Shown here: piece by piece, positions 1-9,244 of the stretch
Layout: each line of letters begins with the position of its first letter
Numbering within the stretch: position 1 is the stretch's first letter
The notes under the pieces: model-generated
Database searches by the model: none
What the model was told of the DNA's origin: nothing
Seen by the model: the letters and a program-made list of their open reading frames with translations, nothing else
Position numbers and translations under genes: made by a program
Assembly: GCA_965202805.1 (NCBI GenBank)
Contig: OZ241869.1
Span: 3,648,001 to 3,712,000 of the forward strand
Direction: 5' to 3'
DNA length: 64,000 nt
Source of the DNA: Longimicrobiales bacterium
GTDB taxonomy: Bacteria; Gemmatimonadota; Gemmatimonadetes; Longimicrobiales; Gaopeijiaceae

Positions 1-594
1 AGGGTCGAGTGCGGCGGGGAAGTCTTCTCGTGCGCGCACTTCGTGAACGCCGCGGGCGCCTGGTCGGGCACTGTTGCGGGGCTTGCCGGGCTGAACCTCC
101 CCGTGGGACCGAAGCGCATCAACATCTTCCTCAGCGCGCCCGTGCGCGACACCCGCACCTATCCCCTCACCATCGACCTCGCCACCGGTGTTTACCTGCG
201 CAGCGAAGGCGACCGCGTCCTCTTCGGCCTGGACGACCTCACCCAGGCGTACGGCTTCACCGAGGGCGTGAACTGGGACTGGCTCGAACACGTCTTCCTC
301 ACGGGCGTCGAGCGCTTTCCCTGGTGGGAGGACCTCGGGGTCGACCGCCGTGGGAGCTGGTGGGGGTACTACGGGGTCACCCCGGACAACAGCCCCATCA
401 TCGGCTTCAACCCGGGGGCCCGCGGCTGGATCGACGCGTGCGGCTTCTCCGGGCACGGGATCATGCACGCCCCGGCCACCGGGCGCGCGGTGTCGGAACT
501 CATCGCGGACGGTGAAGCGCACACCGTCGACGTGAGCGCCTTCCGCCATGATCGCTTCGGGGAGGACATCCCCGTCGAAGCCAACATCTTTTGA
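1..594 (+). CDS. FAD-dependent oxidoreductase (DAO/sarcosine oxidase beta family), 5'-partial
   Basis: Frame is open from base 1 (RVECGGEVFSCAHFVNAAGAW). Has VNAAGAW and C-terminal GYYGVTPDNSPIIG...ACGFSGHGIMHAPATG motifs of the DAO family. Confidence 0.85.
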   Translation, partial: RVECGGEVFSCAHFVNAAGAWSGTVAGLAGLNLPVGPKRINIFLSAPVRDTRTYPLTIDLATGVYLRSEGDRVLFGLDDLTQAYGFTEGVNWDWLEHVFLTGVERFPWWEDLGVDRRGSWWGYYGVTPDNSPIIGFNPGARGWIDACGFSGHGIMHAPATGRAVSELIADGEAHTVDVSAFRHDRFGEDIPVEANIF

Positions 595-683
595 GGGATG
601 GCGAGCAGCCACCTTTTGGGTGCCGGGACGCGGCCCTACATTGCCGGTCGGCGATTCCGCCGCCGCAATCAACGGGAGGAGCA

Positions 684-1940
684 GTGAATTCAGTGGCGAG
701 ATGGCTCCGGAACGCGCTCGCGACCCTTCCGTTCCTGCTGCCCGCAGCGGCCATCGCCCAGGAGGCCGAGGCGGCGCCGGGCACGGGCAGCGTCTTCGGC
801 CGCATTCTCGACCAGGACACCTTCCAGCCCGTTGCAGGGGTGGTGATCCGCATTACCGTTCCGGACGGGACCCTGCAGGAGATCTCGAGCCCGAACGGCA
901 CCTTCCTCATCGACGACGTCCCGGTGGGCGAGCGGGTGGTGGTGATGGAGCACATCGCCTACGGCGAGTACGCGCAGCATGTGGGCGTGGAGCAGGGCAG
1001 GGACCTGAGGATCGAGGCGTTCATGTCGGCGCGCGCCATCCAGTTCCAGCCCCTCGTGGTCGAGGCGCTCAGCGAAGTCGAGCGGCGCCGCCTCTCTTCC
1101 GGGTTCAGCGTCAACGAGATCCCGGTGGAGGAAATCGAGCAGGCGGCGCGCACCGGACAGCACCTGGGGGATCTGCTGCGCGGCGGCATGTCCGGCATTC
1201 GCGTGCGTGGCGGCAACAGGGGCGGTGACCGGCTGTGCGTGGAGTATCGGCGCAGCGGAGCGGGGGAGTGCGCCGAGATCGCCGTGTACCTGGACGGGGT
1301 GGCGGTGGCGGATCCCGGGCAGATCTACTCGAGTCTCTCGCTGGACGACATCGACCGGGTCGAGGTCCTCTCGCCCCTGGAGGCAGTGATCCGGTTCGGC
1401 GACCGCGGCGCGCGCGGAGCCCTGCTGGTCGAGTCGCGGCTTCCGAGCCTTCCGGAGCGGCAAAACCCGTTCCGCACGTCTGCCAGGCGAGGCTACGACT
1501 GGTCGCTGGAGGAGGAGTCGCACCCGTCGGCGAAGGTCTTCGGGAGCACGGTTCTGGCCAACGCGCTCGGCGTGGGACTCGGGTATCTGGCGCTGAAGCA
1601 GTGCGTCGGGATCGTCGCCACCGACCATGGCCGGCAGTTCGACACCCAGTGCGGGGCTCTGACCACGATGAGTACCGGCGTGTTCGCGCTGAGCCTGCCC
1701 GGCGCCGTCGGCAGCATGGCGGCGACGCGGTCGGGGAGTACGCGGCGATCGCGCGGCCGGTTCTTTCATGTCGCCATGTCCGGACTGATCTCGACGACCA
1801 TCGGATACGTGATGCTGATGCACGGCGAGGATCCGGAGTATAGCAGCAATGGCCTGCGGATCGGGGGCCTGCTCACGATGACGGTGGGAACGCCGTTGCT
1901 GCTGACCATTTCCGACCGCTTCTTCCGATACAGCCGCTGA
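684..1940 (+). CDS. Exported protein with carboxypeptidase-regulatory-like domain, TonB plug-like domain and hydrophobic C-terminal helices
   Basis: GTG start after GGAGGA; signal peptide (AAAIA-QE); GSVFGRILDQDT..PVAGV (CarboxypepD_reg-like); VYLDGV..LSLDDIDRVEVL..FGDRGARGALLV (plug-like). Confidence 0.65.
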   Translation: MNSVARWLRNALATLPFLLPAAAIAQEAEAAPGTGSVFGRILDQDTFQPVAGVVIRITVPDGTLQEISSPNGTFLIDDVPVGERVVVMEHIAYGEYAQHVGVEQGRDLRIEAFMSARAIQFQPLVVEALSEVERRRLSSGFSVNEIPVEEIEQAARTGQHLGDLLRGGMSGIRVRGGNRGGDRLCVEYRRSGAGECAEIAVYLDGVAVADPGQIYSSLSLDDIDRVEVLSPLEAVIRFGDRGARGALLVESRLPSLPERQNPFRTSARRGYDWSLEEESHPSAKVFGSTVLANALGVGLGYLALKQCVGIVATDHGRQFDTQCGALTTMSTGVFALSLPGAVGSMAATRSGSTRRSRGRFFHVAMSGLISTTIGYVMLMHGEDPEYSSNGLRIGGLLTMTVGTPLLLTISDRFFRYSR

Positions 1941-1945
1941 GGCCC

Positions 1946-3547
1946 ATGAATCGCTTCTCGATCCGCCGCGCACTCGCCTTCTGGCTGGTCGCCGCCTTCC
2001 TGCCCGCAGGCGCCGGGGCCCAGTCCCTCTCCCTTTCGGACGCCACCATCGCCGACATCAACGCGGCCTTCGACGCGGGCTCGCTCACCTCGGAGGGGCT
2101 GGTCGAACTCTATCTCGCGCGCATCGAGGCGTACGACGCCCGGGGGCCGAGGCTGAACGCCGTCCTGACGCTCAACCCGCAGGCGCTGGAGAGGGCCAGG
2201 GCGCTCGACGAGGAGCGGCGCACCCGGGGCCCGCGTTCGCTCCTTCACGGCATCCCGGTACTTCTCAAGGACAACGTCGACACCGACGACATGCCCACCA
2301 CCGCGGGCTCGCTCCTGCTGAAGGGCTCGATTCCGCCCGACGACGCCTTCATCGTGCGGAAGCTCCGAGAGGCGGGAGCGATCATCCTGGCGAAGGTCAA
2401 CATGAGCGAGTTCGCCTCGGGGGTGCAGCTCAGTTCCGTCGGCGGCCCGATGCGGAACCCGCACGACCTGAACCGCAATCCGTCCGGCTCTTCCGGCGGG
2501 ACCGGCGTGGCCGTCGCCGCCTCCTACGGCCAGCTCGGGATCGGGACCGACACCGGAGGATCCGTGCGCGGCCCCACCTCGGCCAACGGAATCGCCGGGC
2601 TCAAGCCCACCCACGGGCTGCTCAGCCGCGACGGCATCGTGCCCCTCGCGCTTTCGTTCGACACGGCCGGCCCGATGGCGCGTCACGTCTACGACGTCGC
2701 GGCGATGATGAACGTGATGGTCGGCGTGGACCCCGCCGACGAGGCGACGCTGGCCAGCGAGGGCCGCTACGAGGCCGACTACACCGCGTTCCTGGACGAG
2801 GACGCGCTGGACGGCGCCCGCATCGGCGTCGCGCGCGACTTTCTCGGCTACGACGACGAGGTCGACTGGATCATCGAGGCGGGGCTCGACGCCATGCGCG
2901 CCGCCGGGGCGACGGTGGTGGACGTGCGCTACCCGCCGTGGCTGCTCGAAGCCAAGGCTGAGTACTACCAGACCATCCGCTGGCGCGAGTTCAAGCCGCA
3001 GATCGAGGCGTACCTGGCCGACCTGGCGCCCGGATATCCGCGCACGCTCGAAGAGATGGTCGAGCGCGCCAGGAAGATCCTCGCTGCCCCGCCCGAGGGG
3101 GGCGTCCCCAACCCCACCCGCTGGAGTCTCTTCGAGCAGGAGCTGAACACCGGCACGCCCGACGACTACCTGTACAGGGCGATGCACGACCACGGCCTGC
3201 CGCTGGTGCGCGCGAACCTGGAGGGGCTGCTGGACGCGAACGACCTCGACGCCATCGTCTATCCCACCTCGCCGACCCGACCCGGGCAGGCGGGGGTCTA
3301 CCGGGGTTCCTCGTCACCCAACCCCTCGCCGTCCGCGACCAACCTGGCCAACCTGAGCGGGCTCCCCGACCTGATCGTGCCGGCAGGCTATACGAGCAAC
3401 CGGCTGCCCGTCGGCATCTCGTTCTTCGGCCGGCCCTTCAGCGAAGGCCGTCTCTTTGCGCTGGGCTACGCCTTCGAGCAGGCGACCCGCGTGCGCCGCG
3501 ATCCAGTGCATGCTCCGCCGCTGCCGGGGGAGACGATCCGGCGCTAG
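1946..3547 (+). CDS. Exported amidase (amidase signature family)
   Basis: Signal peptide; LHGIPVLLKDN (catalytic K), PSGSSGG and GTDTGGSVRGP give an intact Ser-cisSer-Lys triad. Confidence 0.9.
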   Translation: MNRFSIRRALAFWLVAAFLPAGAGAQSLSLSDATIADINAAFDAGSLTSEGLVELYLARIEAYDARGPRLNAVLTLNPQALERARALDEERRTRGPRSLLHGIPVLLKDNVDTDDMPTTAGSLLLKGSIPPDDAFIVRKLREAGAIILAKVNMSEFASGVQLSSVGGPMRNPHDLNRNPSGSSGGTGVAVAASYGQLGIGTDTGGSVRGPTSANGIAGLKPTHGLLSRDGIVPLALSFDTAGPMARHVYDVAAMMNVMVGVDPADEATLASEGRYEADYTAFLDEDALDGARIGVARDFLGYDDEVDWIIEAGLDAMRAAGATVVDVRYPPWLLEAKAEYYQTIRWREFKPQIEAYLADLAPGYPRTLEEMVERARKILAAPPEGGVPNPTRWSLFEQELNTGTPDDYLYRAMHDHGLPLVRANLEGLLDANDLDAIVYPTSPTRPGQAGVYRGSSSPNPSPSATNLANLSGLPDLIVPAGYTSNRLPVGISFFGRPFSEGRLFALGYAFEQATRVRRDPVHAPPLPGETIRR

Positions 3548-3611
3548 AGGCGTCGCTTCGCTGCCCCGCATCCATCAACCCACCTCACCCGGCCCCCTCA
3601 CGGACCAGACC

Positions 3612-4631
3612 ATGCCCACTGCGCCCGACCGCAAGAAGGTCGCCCGCTGGAACGCCATCCTCAAGCCGTACTGGGGCCCTGACACCGGCGCCAGCGTTCG
3701 ACAGCTGCTCACCTCCGCCATCCCCTTCGCGGTGCTCTGGTATGCCACCCTGCGCAGCCTCGAAGTGGGGTACTGGCTGACCATCCTGCTCGCGATGCCG
3801 ACCGCCGGCTTCATGATGCGGCTCTTCATGATCCAGCACGACTGCGGACATGGGTCGTTCTTTCGCTCGCACGCGGCGCGGCAGTGGGTCGGGCGCTGCA
3901 TCGGCGTCCTGCTCCTGACCCCCTACGACTACTGGAAGCGCACGCACGCCTACCATCACGCCCACTCGGGTGACCTCGATTTCCGCGGCTTCGGAGACAT
4001 CGACACCTTCACGGTGCGCGAGTATCTGTCGTGGCCCTGGTACCGCCGCCTTCGCTACCGGCTGTACCGGCATCCGTTCGTGCTCTTCATCGTGGGGCCC
4101 ATCTTCATCTTTCTCATCAAGCACCGGTTCCCCTGGGATGTGCCGTCGCGATGGAAGCAGGCGTGGCGCTGCGTCTTCTGGACGAACCTGGCGCTGGTGG
4201 CCGTGGTGCTGCTGATGGGCGAGACGATCGGGTACGGGCGCTTCCTGCTCACCCACGCGCCGGTTCAGTTCTTCGCCACCACGGCCGGCGTCTGGATGTT
4301 CTACGTGCAGCACCAGTTCGAGCAGACGTACTGGGACCGGCACGAAGACTGGGACTACTACGACGCATCGCTCTACGGAAGCTCGTACCTGGTCCTTCCG
4401 GCCCCGCTCCGGTGGCTGTCGGCGAACATCGGCTTCCACCATGTGCACCACATGAGCATGCGCATCCCCAACTACAAGCTGCAGCGGGCGCACGAGGACA
4501 ACGAGGAGTTCCACGTGGTGCGGGAAGTCCGCGTTCGGGACACGCTGAAGCTCATCAACCTGGCGCTGTGGGACGAGGACCGACGCCGCCTGATCAGGTT
4601 CAGGGACCTGAAGGCGCTGCAGCCCGCGTGA
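3612..4631 (+). CDS. Membrane fatty acid desaturase (Des-like)
   Basis: Three His boxes HDCGH, HAYHH and HHVHH, plus FYVQHQFE and TM helices. Start moved to ATG 3612. Confidence 0.9.
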   Translation: MPTAPDRKKVARWNAILKPYWGPDTGASVRQLLTSAIPFAVLWYATLRSLEVGYWLTILLAMPTAGFMMRLFMIQHDCGHGSFFRSHAARQWVGRCIGVLLLTPYDYWKRTHAYHHAHSGDLDFRGFGDIDTFTVREYLSWPWYRRLRYRLYRHPFVLFIVGPIFIFLIKHRFPWDVPSRWKQAWRCVFWTNLALVAVVLLMGETIGYGRFLLTHAPVQFFATTAGVWMFYVQHQFEQTYWDRHEDWDYYDASLYGSSYLVLPAPLRWLSANIGFHHVHHMSMRIPNYKLQRAHEDNEEFHVVREVRVRDTLKLINLALWDEDRRRLIRFRDLKALQPA

Positions 4632-4694
4632 GGTCGGCCCCTCTCAGCGTGTGAGGTCCGCTCATCTCAACGCGCAGGGTCCGCCCTGCCCGGC
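4626..4694. repeat. Degenerate 23-bp tandem repeat x3 starting over the desaturase stop codon
   Basis: GCGTGAGGTCGGCCCCTCTCAGC / GTGTGAGGTCCGCTCATCTCAAC / GCGCAGGGTCCGCCCTGCCCGGC (18/23 and 15/23 identical to the first unit). Confidence 0.6.
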
Positions 4695-4746
4695 GCGCGC
4701 CGGCTGCGGCTGAGCGCGCTGCGCTTCCCGGGCCGCGGATGATCGG

Positions 4747-5529
4747 TCAGCTGGAAGAGGAAGCGGCGATGCTGGCCACGACCGCGGCCTGAGTGGCGGC
4801 GACGGCAGCCTGAGATGCCGCGACCGCGGCCCGGACGGCGTGTTGGGTGGCTGCGACGGATGCCGCGGGGTGCCCGGGCGCCAGACCGAACACCTCTCCC
4901 TTCGTAATCGCCTTCAGCCGCGCCTTGCGGGCCTTGAGTTCCTTGCGCTCGAAGTGGATTCTGAGCGATCCCGTGGCGTGGGCCAGGGAGAGGATCACGC
5001 CCAGTCCGGCTTCGATCTCGCCGTCGCCCATGACGGCCTCGCGCAGGCGCGCGATCAGTGCGCGCTCCGGTCCCGGATCGATGGTGGGATAGAGCTTGCG
5101 CCTGAAGACGAGGAGGATCTGCGACTCCTTCGTGCGCAGGATGCCCCGGCAGCAGAGCCCGACTGCGGTCCGCTGCCGGAGACGCTTGAGGTTGCCGAAC
5201 GTCGATACCCAGGCGGACGCACGGCGACGCTTCTTCGAATTGCGAACCCGGTCGAGAGCTTCGGCCATGATCTCGTCCCGGGGACGGCCCGTAACCGGTG
5301 CCGCTTCGACGAACGCCTTCTTGCTCTCCTCGATGCGAACGACCTCGGCGAGCGCGAGCTCGGCGAGGATGGCCCCGCCCATGGCGAGGTTGTAGAAGCC
5401 GGCCCGGTAGTCCACGGTGCCCTTGCGGTCACGCAGGACCAGGAGCAGAAGCTGTTCGTGAAGGTGGAGGTCGTGGCGCGAGGATGGCATGGCGGGATGT
5501 CCGGGCTGGTGGTCGTCGGATGCGCTCAT
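4747..5529 (-). CDS. GPP34 / GOLPH3-family protein
   Basis: LHLHEQLLLLVLRDRKG...GGAILAELALAE..GIL...ILLVFRRKLYP pattern typical of GPP34, with an Ala-rich tail. Start is 5529 or 5490. Confidence 0.8.
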   Translation of the reverse strand: MSASDDHQPGHPAMPSSRHDLHLHEQLLLLVLRDRKGTVDYRAGFYNLAMGGAILAELALAEVVRIEESKKAFVEAAPVTGRPRDEIMAEALDRVRNSKKRRRASAWVSTFGNLKRLRQRTAVGLCCRGILRTKESQILLVFRRKLYPTIDPGPERALIARLREAVMGDGEIEAGLGVILSLAHATGSLRIHFERKELKARKARLKAITKGEVFGLAPGHPAASVAATQHAVRAAVAASQAAVAATQAAVVASIAASSSS

Positions 5530-5599
5530 GGCCAATACTCCGCACTTTGAACGCCTGTTTCGCGATTCTCCACGTCCGCTCACGAAGGAGGGTGCGGCA

Positions 5600-8059
5600 A
5601 TGACTCGGAACGGCATGCGCGGCCTGTTCATCCTGACGCTGGCCACGGGCATGCTGGCGGCTTCCCCGGGCGGAGCGTCGGCACAGTCGGATCCGGTCGT
5701 CATCCGCGCGGGAACCATTCACACCGTCACCAGGGGCACGATAGAGGACGGCGAAATCCTGATTCGCGACGGCGTCATCGAGGCGGTGGGTGCGTCGGTG
5801 GACGTGCCCGCCGATGCCCGCGTGTACGAGGCCGAAGTGGTGATTCCGGGGATGATCGACGCCCACACGCACGTGGCCCTCGACCGCTCCAGCCGCGCGC
5901 GCATCCCGGGACCGGTCACCGCCGAGTGGAAGGCGGTGGAGCACCTGGACCTGGAGAGCCCCATGCTCCAGGTGGCGCTCTCCGGAGGGATGACTTCGCT
6001 GGTCACGCGCTCGGGCAGCGGCGTCATCTCGAGCGGCCAGTCGGTGGCGCTCAAGATGAAGAGCACGCCGGGGCCGGAGATGATCTTCAAGCCCTATGTG
6101 GATCTGAAAATGGCCGTCCGGCCGCTCATCAACCTGCGCCCGGGGGAGACGCCGCAGACGGTGATGGGCTGGTACGCGACGGCGGACGACTACTTCCGGC
6201 GGGCTGAGGCCTACGTGGCGCAGCAGGATGCGCACGCGGCCGGAGGGGGACCGGCTCCCGAACGGGACGAGCGCCTGGAGGCCTTTGCGGCCGTGATCCG
6301 GGGTGAGGTCATGGTTCACGTCCACGCGCACTATCCCAGCGAGGTGATGATGGTGTTCCGCCTGGCGCGCAAGTACGGCTTCATCGACCGCCTCGCGCTG
6401 GCGCACGCGGAAGAGATCTTCCCGATCATCGAGCTGCTCGCCGGGACGAAGATCGTGCCCGTCATCGGTCCCATGATGATCGTCCAGTACTACAACGACC
6501 CGGAGCCGCTCAACCTGCTGAAGGAGCTGCTGGACGCCGGGGTGTACGCCAGCATTCAGACCGACATGGCGAACCAGCACCTCAGGGACTTCCGCGAATA
6601 CGGGGCGTTCCTGGCGCGCCACGGCCTCACCGACCAGCAGGCGCTGGAGGTGATGACCATCAACGGGGCGCGCGCGATGATGCTCCAGGACCGCGTGGGG
6701 AGCATCGAGGCGGGCAAGGATGCCGACCTGGTGCTGCTCGACGGGCACTTTCTGGACCTCGCCGCGGACCGGGTGGAGCGGGTGTTCGTGGACGGGGCGC
6801 TGGAGTACGAGCGTGGCCCGGTGCTCCAGCCCGAGCGGCCGCGCGAGGTCGGGCCCTTCACGCCGGTGACCGGCGCCATCACCCCCGGCGACGAGGCCTT
6901 CGCCATCACCGGGGCGCACGTGTTCACTGTGAGCGGCGGGGCGCTGGAGGACGCGACCCTGGTGGTCGAGGGCGGCCGGTTCACGCAGGTGGAGGCCGGG
7001 GCGGCCCCGCCCGCCGACGTCCCGGTCATGGATGTGGGGGGGCGGGTGGTCATGCCGGGCACCGTGATCGCGCGCGCCTTCGCCAACGACTGGATCGGCG
7101 ACCTCAAGTGGCAGGTGCAGAACGACGAGATTACCGCGCCGGTGGTTCCGGAGATGAACGCGCTCTACGCCGCCGATCCATGGTTCCCGTCGTACGGCGT
7201 GAACACGACCATCGGGGTGACGGCCATCCACGTCACGCCCGGGACCCGCAACCTGGTGGGCGGGAACGGGATGGTGGTCAAGACGCCCGGCCTCGACTTC
7301 GAGAAGATGGTGCGGCGCGAGCCGGCCAGCATGGTGTTCGCGCTGACGGCTTCGGCCTTGCGGGAGTGGTCGGACGAGTCGGGGGCGGCACTGACGCTCG
7401 AGAGCGCGTCGGCGATGATCCGTGAGACGCTGGATGGGGCGAGGGCCTACGCGGAGGCGGGCGAGTCGCGGGAATACGACGCGCGCATGGAGGCGCTGCT
7501 GCCGCTGCTCCGGCGGGAGGTGCCCGCGATGATCCACGCCGATCGGGTGGCCGAGATCGAGGAAGCGATGAGCATCGCGAGGGACTACGGCCTGCGGCTG
7601 GTGGTCACCGGCGGGGTCGAGGCGCACCGGCTGGCGGACCGGCTCGCGGCCGCCGGCGTCGGCGTCATCCTGGGCAACTCGGGGAGCTACGCGTCCGACA
7701 TCCGCGGGGGCGGCGAGGGCTGGAGCGTGGAAGGGCCGGCGATCCTGAACCGCGCGGGCGTGAAGGTGGCGTTCTACGGCCCGGGGGCGTCACGGCGCGC
7801 TTCACCCATCGGTCGCCTTGGCGGCGAGCCCATCCTCAACTCGGCGTGGGCCTTCCGCAACGGCGTGCCCGAGGTGGACGCGCTGCGGATGGCGACGCTG
7901 AACGCCGCCGAACTCCTCGACATCGACGACCGCATCGGCAGCATCGAAGTGGGCAAGGACGCCGACTTCGTCATCCTGGAGGGACATCCTTTCGATTATC
8001 GGGTGGTGCCGGGCTGGGTGTTTGTGGATGGCAGGCTCGAGGCGGGCGGGGCGCGGTAG
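5600..8059 (+). CDS. Exported tandem (two-domain) amidohydrolase family protein
   Basis: RBS GAAGGAGG and signal peptide; PGMIDAHTH in domain 1; two copies of T.N.A...RVGSIE.GKDAD. Confidence 0.85.
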   Translation: MTRNGMRGLFILTLATGMLAASPGGASAQSDPVVIRAGTIHTVTRGTIEDGEILIRDGVIEAVGASVDVPADARVYEAEVVIPGMIDAHTHVALDRSSRARIPGPVTAEWKAVEHLDLESPMLQVALSGGMTSLVTRSGSGVISSGQSVALKMKSTPGPEMIFKPYVDLKMAVRPLINLRPGETPQTVMGWYATADDYFRRAEAYVAQQDAHAAGGGPAPERDERLEAFAAVIRGEVMVHVHAHYPSEVMMVFRLARKYGFIDRLALAHAEEIFPIIELLAGTKIVPVIGPMMIVQYYNDPEPLNLLKELLDAGVYASIQTDMANQHLRDFREYGAFLARHGLTDQQALEVMTINGARAMMLQDRVGSIEAGKDADLVLLDGHFLDLAADRVERVFVDGALEYERGPVLQPERPREVGPFTPVTGAITPGDEAFAITGAHVFTVSGGALEDATLVVEGGRFTQVEAGAAPPADVPVMDVGGRVVMPGTVIARAFANDWIGDLKWQVQNDEITAPVVPEMNALYAADPWFPSYGVNTTIGVTAIHVTPGTRNLVGGNGMVVKTPGLDFEKMVRREPASMVFALTASALREWSDESGAALTLESASAMIRETLDGARAYAEAGESREYDARMEALLPLLRREVPAMIHADRVAEIEEAMSIARDYGLRLVVTGGVEAHRLADRLAAAGVGVILGNSGSYASDIRGGGEGWSVEGPAILNRAGVKVAFYGPGASRRASPIGRLGGEPILNSAWAFRNGVPEVDALRMATLNAAELLDIDDRIGSIEVGKDADFVILEGHPFDYRVVPGWVFVDGRLEAGGAR

Positions 8060-8201
8060 TGGTGCGCCGAGGGACGCGGCGACTTGAGCAAGTCACGCTC
8101 CCGCGAAACGCCGACCGAGGCGCTTCGCCGCCCACGGACCAGGGCACCGCACCCGTCAGCGACCGAGGCACTTGACCGCGACCGAGTGTTGTGCAATGCT
8201 G

Positions 8202-8215
8202 TGACGCATGCGTCA
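8202..8215. promoter_or_regulatory. Perfect 14-bp palindrome upstream of vapB (candidate operator)
   Basis: TGACGCATGCGTCA, 116 bp upstream of the antitoxin start. Confidence 0.4.
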
Positions 8216-8331
8216 GATAACGGTGCAACACATTCCGCCACGACCACCCGGATGCACGCTCCATGCGTCGCCCGGACGAGCTGCGAAGACGTTTCAGCTG
8301 AAACGCGCGAACCCCCGGTCCCGCGAATGCC

Positions 8332-8604
8332 ATGTCCCGAATCCACTTCGTCGTGAAGGAAACCGCCAAGATGGCGTACCAGGCCCAGGCCCGCCGGGAG
8401 GGCAAATCCCTGGGGGAGTGGCTGCGCGAGGCTGCCGACGAGAAGCTGGCGGCGGTGCGTCCGCGAAAGTTCACGGTCAAGGAGCTTCGCGAGTTCGCGG
8501 CCAGGTGCGATGCCCGCCATCCGCCCGGCGCGCGGGAGTTGGACTGGCCGGAGATCAAGAAGGTCCTGGTTGAGACCAGATACCCGGACTACGACATCAC
8601 ATGA
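8332..8604 (+). CDS. vapB: RHH-type antitoxin (VapB-like)
   Basis: N-terminal beta-helix-helix pattern (RIHFVV..QARREGKSLGEWLREAA); ATGA overlap with the PIN gene. Confidence 0.7.
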   Translation: MSRIHFVVKETAKMAYQAQARREGKSLGEWLREAADEKLAAVRPRKFTVKELREFAARCDARHPPGARELDWPEIKKVLVETRYPDYDIT

Positions 8605-8990
8605 TCTTCGTCGACGCCAACGTCTTCATGTATTTCGTGGGCAGCGACCATCCCCTGCGGAAGGAAGCCAGGGAGTTCTTCATTCGGTCACGGGAACGGG
8701 ACAAACCTCTCGTCACGTCGGCCGAAGTGCTTCAGGAGCTCCTCCACCACTACCTGCGCCGCGACAGGCGACCGCTGCTCGACGCAGCTTTCGACCTGGT
8801 AGGTGCCACGGTAGACGAGGTCTGGTCGGTCGAGAAGGCCGATGTGGAGTTGGCGCGCAACCTGTCGGCTCGGCACCGTGGCCTGGAGGCCCGCGACCTG
8901 GTGCACCTGGCCTGCTGTATCCGGCGAGAGCCGCGCAAACTGATGACGTTCGACCGGGGGTTGGCGGCGGCGTGGCGGAGTCGGGGCTAG
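8601..8990 (+). CDS. vapC: PIN-domain toxin VapC
   Basis: MIFVDANVF...EVLQE...RDLVHLA...TFDR acidic PIN motifs; 129 aa. Confidence 0.9.
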   Translation: MIFVDANVFMYFVGSDHPLRKEAREFFIRSRERDKPLVTSAEVLQELLHHYLRRDRRPLLDAAFDLVGATVDEVWSVEKADVELARNLSARHRGLEARDLVHLACCIRREPRKLMTFDRGLAAAWRSRG

Positions 8991-9028
8991 CGGAAGTCGC
9001 TGGCCGGTCCGTCGTGGTCTGTTGATGC

Positions 9029-9050
9029 TACTGAGTATTCATACTCAATA
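9029..9050. promoter_or_regulatory. AT-rich dyad, candidate repressor operator
   Basis: TAcTGAGTAT-tc-ATACTCAaTA in a GC-rich intergenic region. Confidence 0.5.
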
Positions 9051-9244
9051 GGGTATCGGGACCGGGACGACGCTCATCGAGGTGCCGTGCGGGCGCGCGT
9101 GACACCGGTGCTCGCCCGGGCGTACTTGTCGCCGGGCTCCGGGATGTCTACCGTCTCTTATCCATCGTCAGGAGTCGGCGCGAGTTGTTCTCGTTCCGAC
9201 CGCCGCCGACCCATCACTGACCGCACTCGCCCGGAGGCCAAACG

